A DNA stretch of 64,000 bases from an uncultured Acidimicrobiia bacterium. GTDB taxonomy: Bacteria; Actinomycetota; Acidimicrobiia; IMCC26256; JAENVU01. Shown here in pieces: positions 31,191 to 42,434 of the stretch. A model generated the notes under the pieces. The model had not been told where the DNA came from. It did not search any database and was given only the letters and a program-made list of their open reading frames with translations. The stretch is from NCBI GenBank assembly GCA_963752335.1, contig CAVVXW010000001.1:345726-409725 (forward strand), in the 5' to 3' direction. The translations under genes and the position numbers were made by a program. Each line of letters begins with the position of its first letter. Positions within the stretch are counted from its first letter, which is position 1.

Positions 31191-32764
31191 CAGAGCGGCA
31201 CGTTCCCGTGCTTGCGGGCCGGGAGTTGCTCCTTCTTCGTCCGCAACATCTCCAGCGCGCCGACGAGCACCGTGCGGGTCGCTCGCGGGTCGATGACGTC
31301 GTCGACGTAGCCGCGCTCGGCGGCGTTGTACGGGTTCGCGAACCGCTCCGAGTACTCCTGGTCCCACTCCGCCTTGCGCGCGACCGGATCCTCGGCGCTC
31401 GCCAGCTCGCGGCGCAGGAGGATGTTGGCGGCACCGTTGGTGTCCATGACCGCGATCTCCGCCGACGGCCACGCGAACGCGAGGTCGGCACCGATCGACT
31501 TCGAGTTCATGACGACGAACGCGCCGCCGTAGCCCTTGCGAGTGATGATCTGCACCCGCGGGACCGTCGCCTCGCAGTAGGCGTAGAGCAGCTTGGCGCC
31601 GTGCCGGATGATCCCGCCGTGCTCCTGGTCCGTCCCGGGCAGGAACCCCGGGACGTCGACGAAGGTCACCAGAGGAACATTGAACGCGTCGCACGTGCGT
31701 ACGAAGCGCGCGGCCTTCTCCGACGCGTCGATGTCGAGGCTTCCCGCGAGCACCTTGGGTTGGTTGCCGACGATCCCGACGACGTGCCCGTCGACGCGGG
31801 CGAATCCGCAGACGATGTTCATGGCGTAGAGCGGATTGACCTCGAAGAAGTCACCGTCGTCGACGACCTCGGCGATGATCTCCTTCATGTCGTAGGGCTT
31901 GTTGGTCGCGTCGGGCATGAGGTCGATGATCCCGTCGCACGAACGCTGCGGATCGTCCTCCGGCGCGTAGTACGGAGGGTCCTCGAGGTTGTTCGACGGC
32001 AGGAACGACAGCAGGTACCGCACCTGCTCGAGGCACGTCTCCTCGTCCTCGAACGCGAAGGTGGCGACGCCTGACTTCGTCGCGTGGGCCAACGCACCGC
32101 CCAGCTCCTCCTGGGTGACGTCCTGACCGGTCGCGGCCTTCACGACATCAGGGCCGGTGATGAACATGTGCGACGTGCCCTTCACCATGAAGATGAAGTC
32201 CGTCATCGCCGGCGAGTAGACCGCGCCACCCGCGCACGGACCCAGGATGACACTGATCTGCGGTATGACACCGCTGGCCTGGACGTTGCGGTGGAAGATC
32301 CCGCCGTAGCTCGCGAGCGAGACCACCCCTTCCTGGATCCGGGCTCCGGCACCGTCGTTGAGCCCGACGAACGGCGCACCGACGCTGGCCGCCAGATCCA
32401 TCACCTTGTGGATCTTCTCGGCGAACACCTCGCCCAGCGCGCCGCCGAAGATCGTGAAGTCCTGCGCGAACAGGAACACCTTCCGTCCGTCCACGGTCCC
32501 CCAACCGGTGATCACACCGTCGGTCAACGGTCGGGTGTTCTCGATGCCGAAGCCGTGCGCGCGGTGACGGGCGAGCATGTCGAGCTCGTGGAAGGAGCCG
32601 GGGTCGAGCAGGAGATCGATCCGCTCGCGGACCGTGAGCTTGCCGCGGTCGTGCTGGCGGGCGACCGCAGCCGGGCTGCCGGCGTGGAGCGCCTCCTCCC
32701 GCTTCTCCGCGAGCTGCGCCATGCGCTCCTCGATCGGGTGGGGCACCGGCGCGGTGCTCGTCAT
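31190..32764 (-). CDS. pccB: Propionyl/acyl-CoA carboxylase carboxyltransferase (beta) subunit
   Basis: 'RQHDRGKLTVRERIDLLLD', 'GARIQEGV', 'GPCAGGAVYSPAMTDF', 'VDVPGFLPG..QEHGGIIRHGAK', 'RKHGNVPL'. Confidence 0.93.
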   Translation of the reverse strand: MTSTAPVPHPIEERMAQLAEKREEALHAGSPAAVARQHDRGKLTVRERIDLLLDPGSFHELDMLARHRAHGFGIENTRPLTDGVITGWGTVDGRKVFLFAQDFTIFGGALGEVFAEKIHKVMDLAASVGAPFVGLNDGAGARIQEGVVSLASYGGIFHRNVQASGVIPQISVILGPCAGGAVYSPAMTDFIFMVKGTSHMFITGPDVVKAATGQDVTQEELGGALAHATKSGVATFAFEDEETCLEQVRYLLSFLPSNNLEDPPYYAPEDDPQRSCDGIIDLMPDATNKPYDMKEIIAEVVDDGDFFEVNPLYAMNIVCGFARVDGHVVGIVGNQPKVLAGSLDIDASEKAARFVRTCDAFNVPLVTFVDVPGFLPGTDQEHGGIIRHGAKLLYAYCEATVPRVQIITRKGYGGAFVVMNSKSIGADLAFAWPSAEIAVMDTNGAANILLRRELASAEDPVARKAEWDQEYSERFANPYNAAERGYVDDVIDPRATRTVLVGALEMLRTKKEQLPARKHGNVPL

Positions 32765-32831
32765 GTCTGCTCCTCCACGGCTGCGGGGCCGCCACGATAC
32801 CGGGGCCACCGGGCCGGGGTTCCCGCCGGGG

Positions 32832-33666
32832 TCACGTGAGGCCGGCGAGCACCTGCGGCCAGCGCGCCAGGATCCCGAGATGCCCCGCGTCGGGCCAGAC
32901 GACGAGGCGCGCGTCGGGAACCCGATCGGCGTAGACGTGGGCGTCCTCCTCGTTGTGAGGATCGGCCGCACCGTGGAAGACCGTGGTGGGCACGCGGACC
33001 TCGGCCAGGGTGAACCCCCATGGGAGCCACATCGCGACGAGATCGGCCGCGATGCCGTCGGGCCCCGGCCGCAGTGCCGCGGTCACCTGGGCCTCGAGCA
33101 TCGGGCCGAGCTCGGCGTCGGTCCGGATCGCCGCGTCGGGACCACGACCGCGCCCGAGGAAGGGAATGGGGTCGGCAAGGATCGGCTCCATGTGACGCGC
33201 GAATCGCGCGCACCGAGCGATCCGGCTCGCGGCGGGCCATCTCCGCGGTCGGACGCCGGTAGTCGCCCAGCGCATCCCACCCACCCGGGACCTCGTCGAG
33301 CGGCCCGGGCGCACTCACGATCGCGAGTCGGTCGACGCGGTCCGGCGCCGTCGCGGCCAGCGCGACCGCGAACGGGCCGCCACCGGACCAGCCGACCACG
33401 GCGAACCGGTCGAGCCCGAGCGCGTCGACCAGGGCGAGCGCATCCGCGGCGACTGCGGCGACCGACGCGGTCGTGCTCGGTCCCGAATCGCCGTACCCGG
33501 GGCGGTCGAACGTCACCAGCCGAACGCCCGCGGCCGCGGTCTCGGACTCGCGCGGGCGAAACCCGCGTGAGCCCGGCGCGCCGTGGAAGAGCAGCACCGG
33601 AACACCTTCGGGCGCGCCGTCCTCGTAGGCGAGCGTGCGACCGTCGGGCAGGCGGATCGTCGGCAA
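32832..33666 (-). CDS. Alpha/beta-fold hydrolase (frameshift near 33205)
   Basis: 'LPDGRTLAY..FHGAPGSR', 'DRPGYG', 'GWSGGG', then second frame 'PWGF..HGAAD..AGHL'. Confidence 0.85.
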
Positions 33667-33677
33667 CGGTGCCGGCG

Positions 33678-34079
33678 CTATTCCTGCACGAGCTCGATGA
33701 GCGTGCCGAACGCGCCCTTCGGGTGGACGAAGGCGACCGTCGTGCCGCGACTCCCCGGGCGCGGGGCCTCGTCGATCACGCGGTGCCCACCGGCCTTCAC
33801 GCGCGCGAGCGCCTCGGCGCAGTCGTCGACGCGGTAGCCGACGTGGTGGATGCCCTCCCCCTTGTTCGCGAGGTACTTCGCGACCGGCGAGTCGTCCCGC
33901 GTGGGGGTGAGCAGCTGGACGTAGGAATCCGCGACCTTCAGGAGCGCCTCCTCCACGCCGTCGGACTCGATCACCTCCCGGTGCGCGACGGTGCAGCCGA
34001 AGGTGTCCTGGTAGTACGCGATGGCGGACTCGAGGTCCGCGACCGCGATCGCGACGTGATCGATCTCGGTGAGTTGCAT
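33678..34079 (-). CDS. mce: Methylmalonyl-/ethylmalonyl-CoA epimerase
   Basis: 'IDHVAIAVADL', 'QLLTP..SPVAKYL..GEGIHHV', 'FVHPK..GTLIELVQE'. Confidence 0.93.
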   Translation of the reverse strand: MQLTEIDHVAIAVADLESAIAYYQDTFGCTVAHREVIESDGVEEALLKVADSYVQLLTPTRDDSPVAKYLANKGEGIHHVGYRVDDCAEALARVKAGGHRVIDEAPRPGSRGTTVAFVHPKGAFGTLIELVQE

Positions 34080-34113
34080 GAGACGATCGTACCGACGTGG
34101 ACGTCCGCCGCCG

Positions 34114-34680
34114 CTAGCTCGACGGTGGCGTTGCCGACGCGTCCTGGCTGTCGCGCAGCTGCACGACGAACCACAGCGTCTCGTCGGGCGCGATGGCGGG
34201 CGGCTGGCCTTGGGCGCCGTAGGCGAGATCCGCCGGGATGCCGAGCAGGCGCGTGCCGCCGACCTTCATCCCCACCAACCCCTGCTGCCAGCCCGGGATG
34301 ACCCCGTCCAGCGAGAAGGTCGCGGGCTGGCCGCGGCTGTAGGAGTCGTCGAAGATCTTCCCGGTCGAGCAGCTCACGCCGATGTAGTCGGCGGTGATGG
34401 TCGACCCGGTAGTCACCTCGGCGCCGGTCCCGACCGCGAGGTCCTCGACGACGAGCGTCGTCGGGGGCGGCCCGACCTTGACGGGTACGTCGGGCGCCCC
34501 GTTCGGGACCGGATCGGCGAGCGCGACACACGGCTTTCCCTTCGCCGAGGCCGTGGGAGGAATCGTCGACGTGGTCGAGCCGGATGCGCCCGGGCTCGAA
34601 CCACTGCTGCCGCAGGCGCTCAGCGCGAGCGCAGCGGTGAGTGCGGCCGCGACGAGGAAGAGAGAGGGACGACGGATCAT
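34114..34680 (-). CDS. FKBP-type peptidyl-prolyl isomerase lipoprotein
   Basis: Lipobox 'LSAC', 'DLAVGTG', 'FDDSYSRGQP..F..VIPGWQQGL.GMKVGG.R..IP..LAYG'. Confidence 0.92.
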   Translation of the reverse strand: MIRRPSLFLVAAALTAALALSACGSSGSSPGASGSTTSTIPPTASAKGKPCVALADPVPNGAPDVPVKVGPPPTTLVVEDLAVGTGAEVTTGSTITADYIGVSCSTGKIFDDSYSRGQPATFSLDGVIPGWQQGLVGMKVGGTRLLGIPADLAYGAQGQPPAIAPDETLWFVVQLRDSQDASATPPSS

Positions 34681-34717
34681 GGACGGCACCGTAGCGGCAC
34701 CGCCGTGCTCGATGGCA

Positions 34718-36085
34718 TCACCGGCCGGAGGACCGCGCCTCTTCGTGACGGCGGAAGAGCGTGATCCGGGGAAGCAGGCGCTCGCGCATCTCGCCGTCGG
34801 TCACGCCGAGGCCACCCTCGGGAGCGAGGCAGAGCACGCCCAGCTTGCCCTCCGACTCGTTGTGATGCACCGCGTACGCCGCCTGACCCGCGTCGGCGAG
34901 CGTGTAGACGCGCGAGAGCGTCGGGTGCACCTTGCCCTCGCACACCGCGCGGTTCGCCTCCCACGCCTCGCGGTAGTTCGCGAAGTGACAGCCCTTGAGC
35001 GTCTTGAGGTTCATCCAGAGGTACCGGTTGTCGTACTCGATCATGAAGCCGCTCGTCGCCGCGCACGTGATGATCATCCCTCCCCGCTTGGCCACGAACA
35101 CCGACGCGCCCATGGTCGAGCGCCCGGGATGCTCGAAGACGATGTCGACGTCGCGCCCGATCAGCTCACGGATCTTCTTCCCGAGCCGCCGCCACTCGGC
35201 CGGGTCCTGCTCGCCCTCGTCGTTCCAGAACTCGTAGCCCTCGGCGCGACGGTCGATCACGGCCTCGACACCCATGTCCCGGAGCAGCTCGGCACGCGAC
35301 TCGCTCGAGACGACCCCGACCGGCGTCCCTCCGCCGTTCATGACGTACTGGCACGCGTACGCGCCGATCCCACCCGTCGCGCCCCACACGAGCACACTCT
35401 GGCCCTGGGTCATCTGTGAGCCGTTCGGGCTGACGATCATGCGGTAGCTGGTGCTGTTGCACAGCGCATTGACCGCGGCCTCCTCCCAGGTCAGGTGCTC
35501 GGGCTTGGGCATCAGCTGGTTGGCCTTCACGACGCTCAGGTCCGCGAGCCCACCGAAGTTGGACTCGAAGCCCCAGATGCGCTGGTTGGTGGCGAGCATG
35601 GAGTCGTCGTGGGCGGAAGGGTCCTGGTCGTCGAGGTAGTTGCAGTGCACCGTCACGCGGTCACCGGGCTTCCAGTTCCGCACCGCGGAACCGACCCGCA
35701 GCACGACGCCCGACGCGTCGCTCCCCATCACGTGGAAGGGCTGGTCGTGGCGGGCACCCCAGACGCTCTCCTTGCCCAGACGCTTCAGGAACCCGAACGT
35801 GGGAAGCGGCTCGAAGATCGAGGTCCACACCGTGTTGAAGTTGATCGAGCTGGCCATGACCGCGATGACCGCCTCGTCGGGGGCGATCTCGGGAAAGGGG
35901 AACTCCTCGACGTGGGTGGAGATCCGGGGGTCCTTCTCCTCGGACGCCATCCCGGCGAACATCTCCTGCTCGTCCGCTCGGACCAGCGCGCCGCGTACGC
36001 CCTCGGGCAGTGGCAGCGATGCGAGCTCGTCCCCCGGGGCACCCTCGAGGACGGCGGAGCGGATGGCGTCGATCTCGGTCGTCAT
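34718..36085 (-). CDS. ccr: Crotonyl-CoA carboxylase/reductase
   Basis: 'VMASSINFNTVWTSIFEPLPTF', 'GSDASGVV', 'QRIWGFESNFGGLA', 'FEHPGRSTM', 'CAATSGF..YDNRYLWM'. Confidence 0.95.
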   Translation of the reverse strand: MTTEIDAIRSAVLEGAPGDELASLPLPEGVRGALVRADEQEMFAGMASEEKDPRISTHVEEFPFPEIAPDEAVIAVMASSINFNTVWTSIFEPLPTFGFLKRLGKESVWGARHDQPFHVMGSDASGVVLRVGSAVRNWKPGDRVTVHCNYLDDQDPSAHDDSMLATNQRIWGFESNFGGLADLSVVKANQLMPKPEHLTWEEAAVNALCNSTSYRMIVSPNGSQMTQGQSVLVWGATGGIGAYACQYVMNGGGTPVGVVSSESRAELLRDMGVEAVIDRRAEGYEFWNDEGEQDPAEWRRLGKKIRELIGRDVDIVFEHPGRSTMGASVFVAKRGGMIITCAATSGFMIEYDNRYLWMNLKTLKGCHFANYREAWEANRAVCEGKVHPTLSRVYTLADAGQAAYAVHHNESEGKLGVLCLAPEGGLGVTDGEMRERLLPRITLFRRHEEARSSGR

Positions 36086-36252
36086 GTGCGGGACGGTAGC
36101 GGCGCGCACCTCGCCGTCGCACACCCCGAGATCGCGAAGCTCCGAGCGAGTGTGACCACGGACTCGCCTGGACGAAATGCGCGTGGCCACGGCTACCATT
36201 CGCGGCGAAACGGCCGGTCGTCGACCGGCGTCCACCTCTCCCGGGAGCTGCC

Positions 36253-37434
36253 ATGCCTGGTTCCGTGATCGTCTCCACCGCCCGCACGCCGATCGGCAAG
36301 CTCTCGGGCGCACTGTCGTCGTTCAGCGCCATGGACCTCGGCGGGGTCGCCATCAAGGGCGCGCTCGAGCGCGCGGGTGTGGACGCGGACCAGATCGACT
36401 ACGTGATCATGGGCCACGTGCTCCAGGCCGGTCAGGGCCAGATCACCGCGCGCCAGGCGGCCGCCAACGCCGGCATCCCGATGACGGTGCCCGCCCTCAC
36501 GGTGAACAAGGTGTGCCTGTCGGGCATCAACGCGCTCTACCTCGCGGACCAGATGATCGCGAGCGGTGACGCCGAGGTCGTCGTCGCCGGGGGCATGGAG
36601 TCCATGACCGGGGCGCCCTACCTCCTCCCCAAGGCGCGGGCCGGGTACCGGATGGGCAACGGCGAGCTCCTGGACTCGCTGATCCACGACGGTCTGTGGT
36701 GCGCCTTCGAGATGGAGCACATGGGTACGGGGACCCAGCGCTACGCGAACGAGCACGAGGTCGAACGGTCCGCGCAGGACGAGCTCGCGGCGAAGAGCCA
36801 CGAGCGCGCCGCCGCGGCCATCAAGGCCGGGCGTCTCGCGGACGAGATCACGCCGGTCTCGATCCCCCAGCGCAAGGGCGACCCCGTGATCTTCGAGGAG
36901 GACGAAGGGGTGCGGCCAGGGACGACGGTCGAGTCCCTCGCGGCGCTCCGGCCGGCGTTCACCAAGGACGGAACCATCACCGCGGGGAACGCCTCGCAGA
37001 TCTCCGACGGGGCGGCGGCGATGATCGTCACGAGCCGCGACAAGGCCGAGGAGCTCGGCCTGACCCCGATCGCGGAGCTCGTGGGCTTCGGCATGGTCGC
37101 CGGACCGGACCCGTCCCTGCTGCACCAACCGTCCCGGGCGATCAAGCGCGCCCTCGACCAGGCGAACCTCCCGCTCGCCGACGTGGACCTGTTCGAGCTC
37201 AACGAGGCGTTCGCGGCCGTGGGGATCGCGAGCATGCGCGACCTCGGGATCACCGACGACGTGGTCAACGTCAACGGTGGCGCGATCGCGCTCGGTCACC
37301 CGGTCGGGATGTCGGGGGCTCGCATCGTCGGGTCGATCATCCACGAGCTGCGCCGCCGCGGCGGCGGCCTCGGCGCCGCCGCCCTCTGCGGCGGTGGCGG
37401 CCAGGGCGACGCCGCGTTGATCCGCACGCTGTAG
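36253..37434 (+). CDS. Acetyl-CoA acetyltransferase (thiolase)
   Basis: 'ARTPIG', 'NKVCLSG', 'TAGNASQISDGAAA', 'NEAFA', 'NGGAIALGHPVGMSG', 'LCGGGGQG'. Confidence 0.95.
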   Translation: MPGSVIVSTARTPIGKLSGALSSFSAMDLGGVAIKGALERAGVDADQIDYVIMGHVLQAGQGQITARQAAANAGIPMTVPALTVNKVCLSGINALYLADQMIASGDAEVVVAGGMESMTGAPYLLPKARAGYRMGNGELLDSLIHDGLWCAFEMEHMGTGTQRYANEHEVERSAQDELAAKSHERAAAAIKAGRLADEITPVSIPQRKGDPVIFEEDEGVRPGTTVESLAALRPAFTKDGTITAGNASQISDGAAAMIVTSRDKAEELGLTPIAELVGFGMVAGPDPSLLHQPSRAIKRALDQANLPLADVDLFELNEAFAAVGIASMRDLGITDDVVNVNGGAIALGHPVGMSGARIVGSIIHELRRRGGGLGAAALCGGGGQGDAALIRTL

Positions 37435-37729
37435 TCGAGCGTCGCCCGGGCCGGATGTGACGCCAGGGCGACGCCGCGTTGATCCGCACGCTGTAGTCGA
37501 GCGTCGCCCGGGCCGGATGTGACGCCAGGGCGACGCCGCGTTGATCCGCACGCTGTAGTCGAGCGTCGCCCGGGCCGGATGTGACGCCAGGGCGACGCCG
37601 CGTTGATCCGCACGCTGGAGTCGAGCGTCGCCCGGGCCGGATGTGACGCCAGGGCGACGCCGCGTTGATCCGCACGCTGGAGTCGAGCGTCGCCCGGGCC
37701 GGATGTGACGCCAGGGCGACGCCGCGTTG
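37400..37729. repeat. 62-bp tandem repeat (VNTR), 5 full copies plus a 20-bp partial copy
   Basis: Unit GCCAGGGCGACGCCGCGTTGATCCGCACGCTG(T/G)AGTCGAGCGTCGCCCGGGCCGGATGTGAC starts at 37400, 37462, 37524, 37586, 37648 and 37710 (partial). Confidence 0.97.
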
Positions 37730-37738
37730 CCTGTGTCC

Positions 37739-38161
37739 TCAGGTTCCGAGGGCTCGGAACGGCGCCCAGGGCAGGTTCCGTACCACCCAGAAGACGGACA
37801 CCACGGCGACGAGCAGCTGTACCTGGCGAGGAGTCATCGCGAGCCGGGGCATCCTCCACGGTGCCCCGAACAGCTGGGCGAGGCCGAGGAAGACCCCCAC
37901 CATCAGGAACGGCAGCGCGGCGACGAAGAGGAGGTTGTAGCCCACGGCCGTCACGAGGTCGCCCCGGAGCACGAAGTGGAGCGCGCGGGTCGCGCCGCAG
38001 CCGGGGCAGTCGAGGCCGGTGATCGCCTTGAACGGGCAGAGCGTCGGGCCACCGCGAGGGTCGATCACCGAGGCGGCCGCGCAGCCGGCGAGCATGACGG
38101 CTCCCGCAGCCACCACGGGCCAGCGGACGCTCCTGCGGGTCATGCTCTCGACGGCGTTCAC
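37739..38161 (-). CDS. DUF2752-domain membrane protein
   Basis: 'LCPFKAITGLDCPGCGATRA..GDL..A..YN' with TM helices and 'FWVVRNLP'. Confidence 0.87.
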   Translation of the reverse strand: MNAVESMTRRSVRWPVVAAGAVMLAGCAAASVIDPRGGPTLCPFKAITGLDCPGCGATRALHFVLRGDLVTAVGYNLLFVAALPFLMVGVFLGLAQLFGAPWRMPRLAMTPRQVQLLVAVVSVFWVVRNLPWAPFRALGT

Positions 38162-38218
38162 GAGGCCGAGCCTAGGATCCGATCGGCCTCTCGGCGCAGA
38201 CGGCGGCGGAAGGTCATC

Positions 38219-38719
38219 TCAGGTCCCCGGAAGGCGCGGTTCGGGATATCCGGCCGCGATCCGTGCCAACCGGCTCTGACGGCAGATGAGCGCGGCGGCC
38301 CGGATCGGGTCGGGCACGTTCTTCAGCACCTGCGTCGTGCGGCCCTGGTATCCCGCGTAGTGGATCGTCAACTCGACATCGCCGATACCGAGCATGGTCT
38401 GGCCGGCGGTGAACCGCGGCGCGGCGCGGGCGATCGTCCACAGCGGCCATTCCGCCTCCGGGGGCCGATCGAGCCTCGAGTACATCCGCAGGAACACGCC
38501 GGTGAGGACGTACTCCTCGTGGCCGATCATGTCGACGCCGCGTGTGCCCTGCCAGATCACGCCGTCGTCGGGCGCGGTACGGATCAGGTCCTGGACGTCG
38601 CGGAGTGGCTCGGTGTCCTGGTGCCGGCCGGTCCGCACCGCCTCGTCCCACTGGTTGCCGTTCCACCATCGCTCGTCCCAGAGCCCCATGGGGTCGGGGT
38701 ACCAGCCGGGATCCGCCAC
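38219..38719 (-). CDS. DUF2510-domain protein with a probable PH-like C-terminal domain
   Basis: N-terminal 'PGWYPDPMG..ERWWNGNQW'. The C-terminal 'GIGDVEL..LKNVPDP' resembles bacterial PH domains. Confidence 0.75.
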   Translation of the reverse strand: MADPGWYPDPMGLWDERWWNGNQWDEAVRTGRHQDTEPLRDVQDLIRTAPDDGVIWQGTRGVDMIGHEEYVLTGVFLRMYSRLDRPPEAEWPLWTIARAAPRFTAGQTMLGIGDVELTIHYAGYQGRTTQVLKNVPDPIRAAALICRQSRLARIAAGYPEPRLPGT

Positions 38720-38752
38720 GATCTCGTCGACTCTGCGGGCCGGCCCGCGGCC

Positions 38753-39667
38753 TCAGGCCGCGGCGACCGGCTCGCCCTGGAGACGGCGGTACATGAACGC
38801 GCTCGCGATCGTGACCACCGGGATCGCGACGATCAGCCCGAGTCCGCAGAGCGCGGCGCCGATCCACGTGGCGATGTACACGCCGATCGTGAAGCCGATC
38901 AGGGTCCCGAGGTTCTTGTTCACGAGCTGGAACGAACGCCGGATCCCTTCCATCGCACTCGTCTGCTTGTCGAGGATGAAGAACCCGAAGAACTGGGCGA
39001 AGAAGAAGAAGACGAACCCGAAGCAACAGAGGACCGTCGTGCCGAGCGCGACGAGGAGGGCGCCGAGCGCGAACGTCCCAATGTTCTCGGTCGACATCAT
39101 CTTCTTGGCGTCGAGCTTCTCGCCGTAGGTGATCATGAGCCCGCCGCGGATCAGGACCATCTGGACGAGGAAATACAGGAAGTAGAAGATCAGGATCGAC
39201 ACGAAGAGCTGGACGAAGAAGAGGCCGGCGACCGTCCCACCGCCGGAACATCGCGTGGTCCCGAACGCATCGGTATGACAGCCGACGCTGTCCGACTTGG
39301 CGACGGCGGACCAGAGGAGGCCCGACAGGAACCAGAACGCCACGGTGACCAGGATGAGGCCCACGACCGCGATGACGACGATGATCAGGATGTCGCCGAT
39401 GTTCTGCTGGAACTTCAACCAGCCGTAGTTGAACGCCTCGCTCGGTGTGGCGGACTTGTCACCGCCGCCGGCCCCTGCGCCCGGAACCGGTCCGGGGACC
39501 TGGGGAGACGGGCCCGGAGGCGGGCCCATCGATGGCGGGGTCGCCGGCGGGGGGCCCGCCGGCGGTGGGGCGGCCGGCGGAGTGACCGGTCCCGGTCGCT
39601 GCTCCGGCGGATACCACTTGCCGTCGGACGCCTGCCACCAGCCCTGACCCTGCGGAGTGTCGCTCAC
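38753..39667 (-). CDS. Proline-rich N-terminus integral membrane protein
   Basis: 'GWWQASDGKWYPPE', a Pro-rich linker, then about 5 TM helices ending 'YRRLQGEPVA'. Confidence 0.8.
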   Translation of the reverse strand: MSDTPQGQGWWQASDGKWYPPEQRPGPVTPPAAPPPAGPPPATPPSMGPPPGPSPQVPGPVPGAGAGGGDKSATPSEAFNYGWLKFQQNIGDILIIVVIAVVGLILVTVAFWFLSGLLWSAVAKSDSVGCHTDAFGTTRCSGGGTVAGLFFVQLFVSILIFYFLYFLVQMVLIRGGLMITYGEKLDAKKMMSTENIGTFALGALLVALGTTVLCCFGFVFFFFAQFFGFFILDKQTSAMEGIRRSFQLVNKNLGTLIGFTIGVYIATWIGAALCGLGLIVAIPVVTIASAFMYRRLQGEPVAAA

Positions 39668-39895
39668 ACTTCCCCCTCGTGCCCCGTTCGCTGCATGTGC
39701 CCCCGCGAGCGCCGCCAGCGCGACGCCCGCGTCACCAGAGGGAGCGTAGCCAAGAGCCGTCGGCTCCGTCGGGGATCATCGCGATCCGCATCCACCGCGC
39801 GACTTCCGCGACCGGTTGACGCCGGACGCGCTTGCTCGAGGCGATCGCGCGTCGGCGGGAGCCGCGTCGCGCCGCATTGTCCGCCAAATCCAGAG

Positions 39896-41255
<1,360 letters not shown>

Positions 41256-41285
41256 ACCGGGGCCGCACGCCACCCGCGGTCGGAC

Positions 41286-42420
41286 GTGATCCCTGTGACC
41301 GGGGCGTGGCGCGCCGGTGACCCGCCCGGCCGGCGTCGGTTCACGACGCTCTTCGACGCGCGTCCGCACGTGCTCGAGACCGGGGGGCGGCTCACGCACG
41401 TCACCGTCGCGTACGAGACCTGGGGGACGCTGAACGCGGAGCGGTCGAACGCGCTGCTCGTGCTCCACGCGCTGACGGGAGACTCACACGCCGCCGGTCC
41501 GGCCTCCCCCGGCCACGACCAGGCCGGGTGGTGGGACACCGTCGTCGGCACCGGCAAGCCAATCGACACCGAGCGCTTCTTCGTCGTGTGCCCCAACGTG
41601 CTCGGCGGATGCCAGGGCAGCACCGGACCCTCGTCGGTGGACCCGGAGACCGGACGGCCCTACGGGTCGCGTTTCCCGGTCGTGACCATCCGCGATCAGG
41701 TCGTGGTGGAGTCCGCGCTCGCCACGAGCCTCGGGATCGAGCGGTGGGCCGCGGTCGTCGGCGGCTCGATGGGCGGCCAACGTGCGCTGGAGTGGGCGGT
41801 CGCCTTCCCCGACCGGGTTCCCCGGGCCGTGATCATCGCCTGTGGCGCGCAGGCCACAGCCGAGGAGATCGCGCTCTGCTCCTTGCAGGTACGCGCGATC
41901 CGCGCCGATCCCGCGTTCCGCGACGGCGACTACTACGACGCCGAACCCGGCGACGGACCATGGCGAGGGATGTCGATCGCCCGGGGGATCGGGCAGGTCT
42001 CGTACCGGTCCGAGATCGAGTTCGACCAGCGCTTCGGCCGCGGCCACCAGGGGGACGAGCAGCCGCTCGACGGTGGTCGGTACGCGATCGAGTCCTATCT
42101 CGAGTACCACGGCGTGAAGCTCGCGCGAACGCTTCGACGCGAACACCTACGTCGCGCTGTCACGGGCGATGAACCACCACGATGTCGGGCGGGGCCGGGG
42201 GGGCATCTCCGCGGCACTCGCGCGCATCCACGCCGCGGTCGACATCGCGGGCATCTCGTCGGACCGGCTCTACCCCCTCCGGCTCCAGGAGGAGCTCGCG
42301 GCGCTCATCCCCGGCGCGACGGGCGTGACCGTCATCGAGTCGCTCGACGGTCACGACGGCTTCCTCACCGAGCACGAGCAGGTCGGCGCGTTCATCCGTC
42401 ACGCCCTCACCGACGCCTGA
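41286..42420 (+). CDS. metX: Homoserine O-acetyltransferase (frameshift near 42130)
   Basis: '[17 protein letters not shown]', '[12 protein letters not shown]', 'GGSMGG', then second frame 'SSDRLYP..GHDGFL'. Confidence 0.93.
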
Positions 42421-42434
42421 GACCGTTCTCGGGG

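Noticed and set aside
37400-37729. CRISPR array
   Set aside because: The units are contiguous and nearly identical with no unique spacers, they derive from the thiolase coding end, and no cas genes are present.
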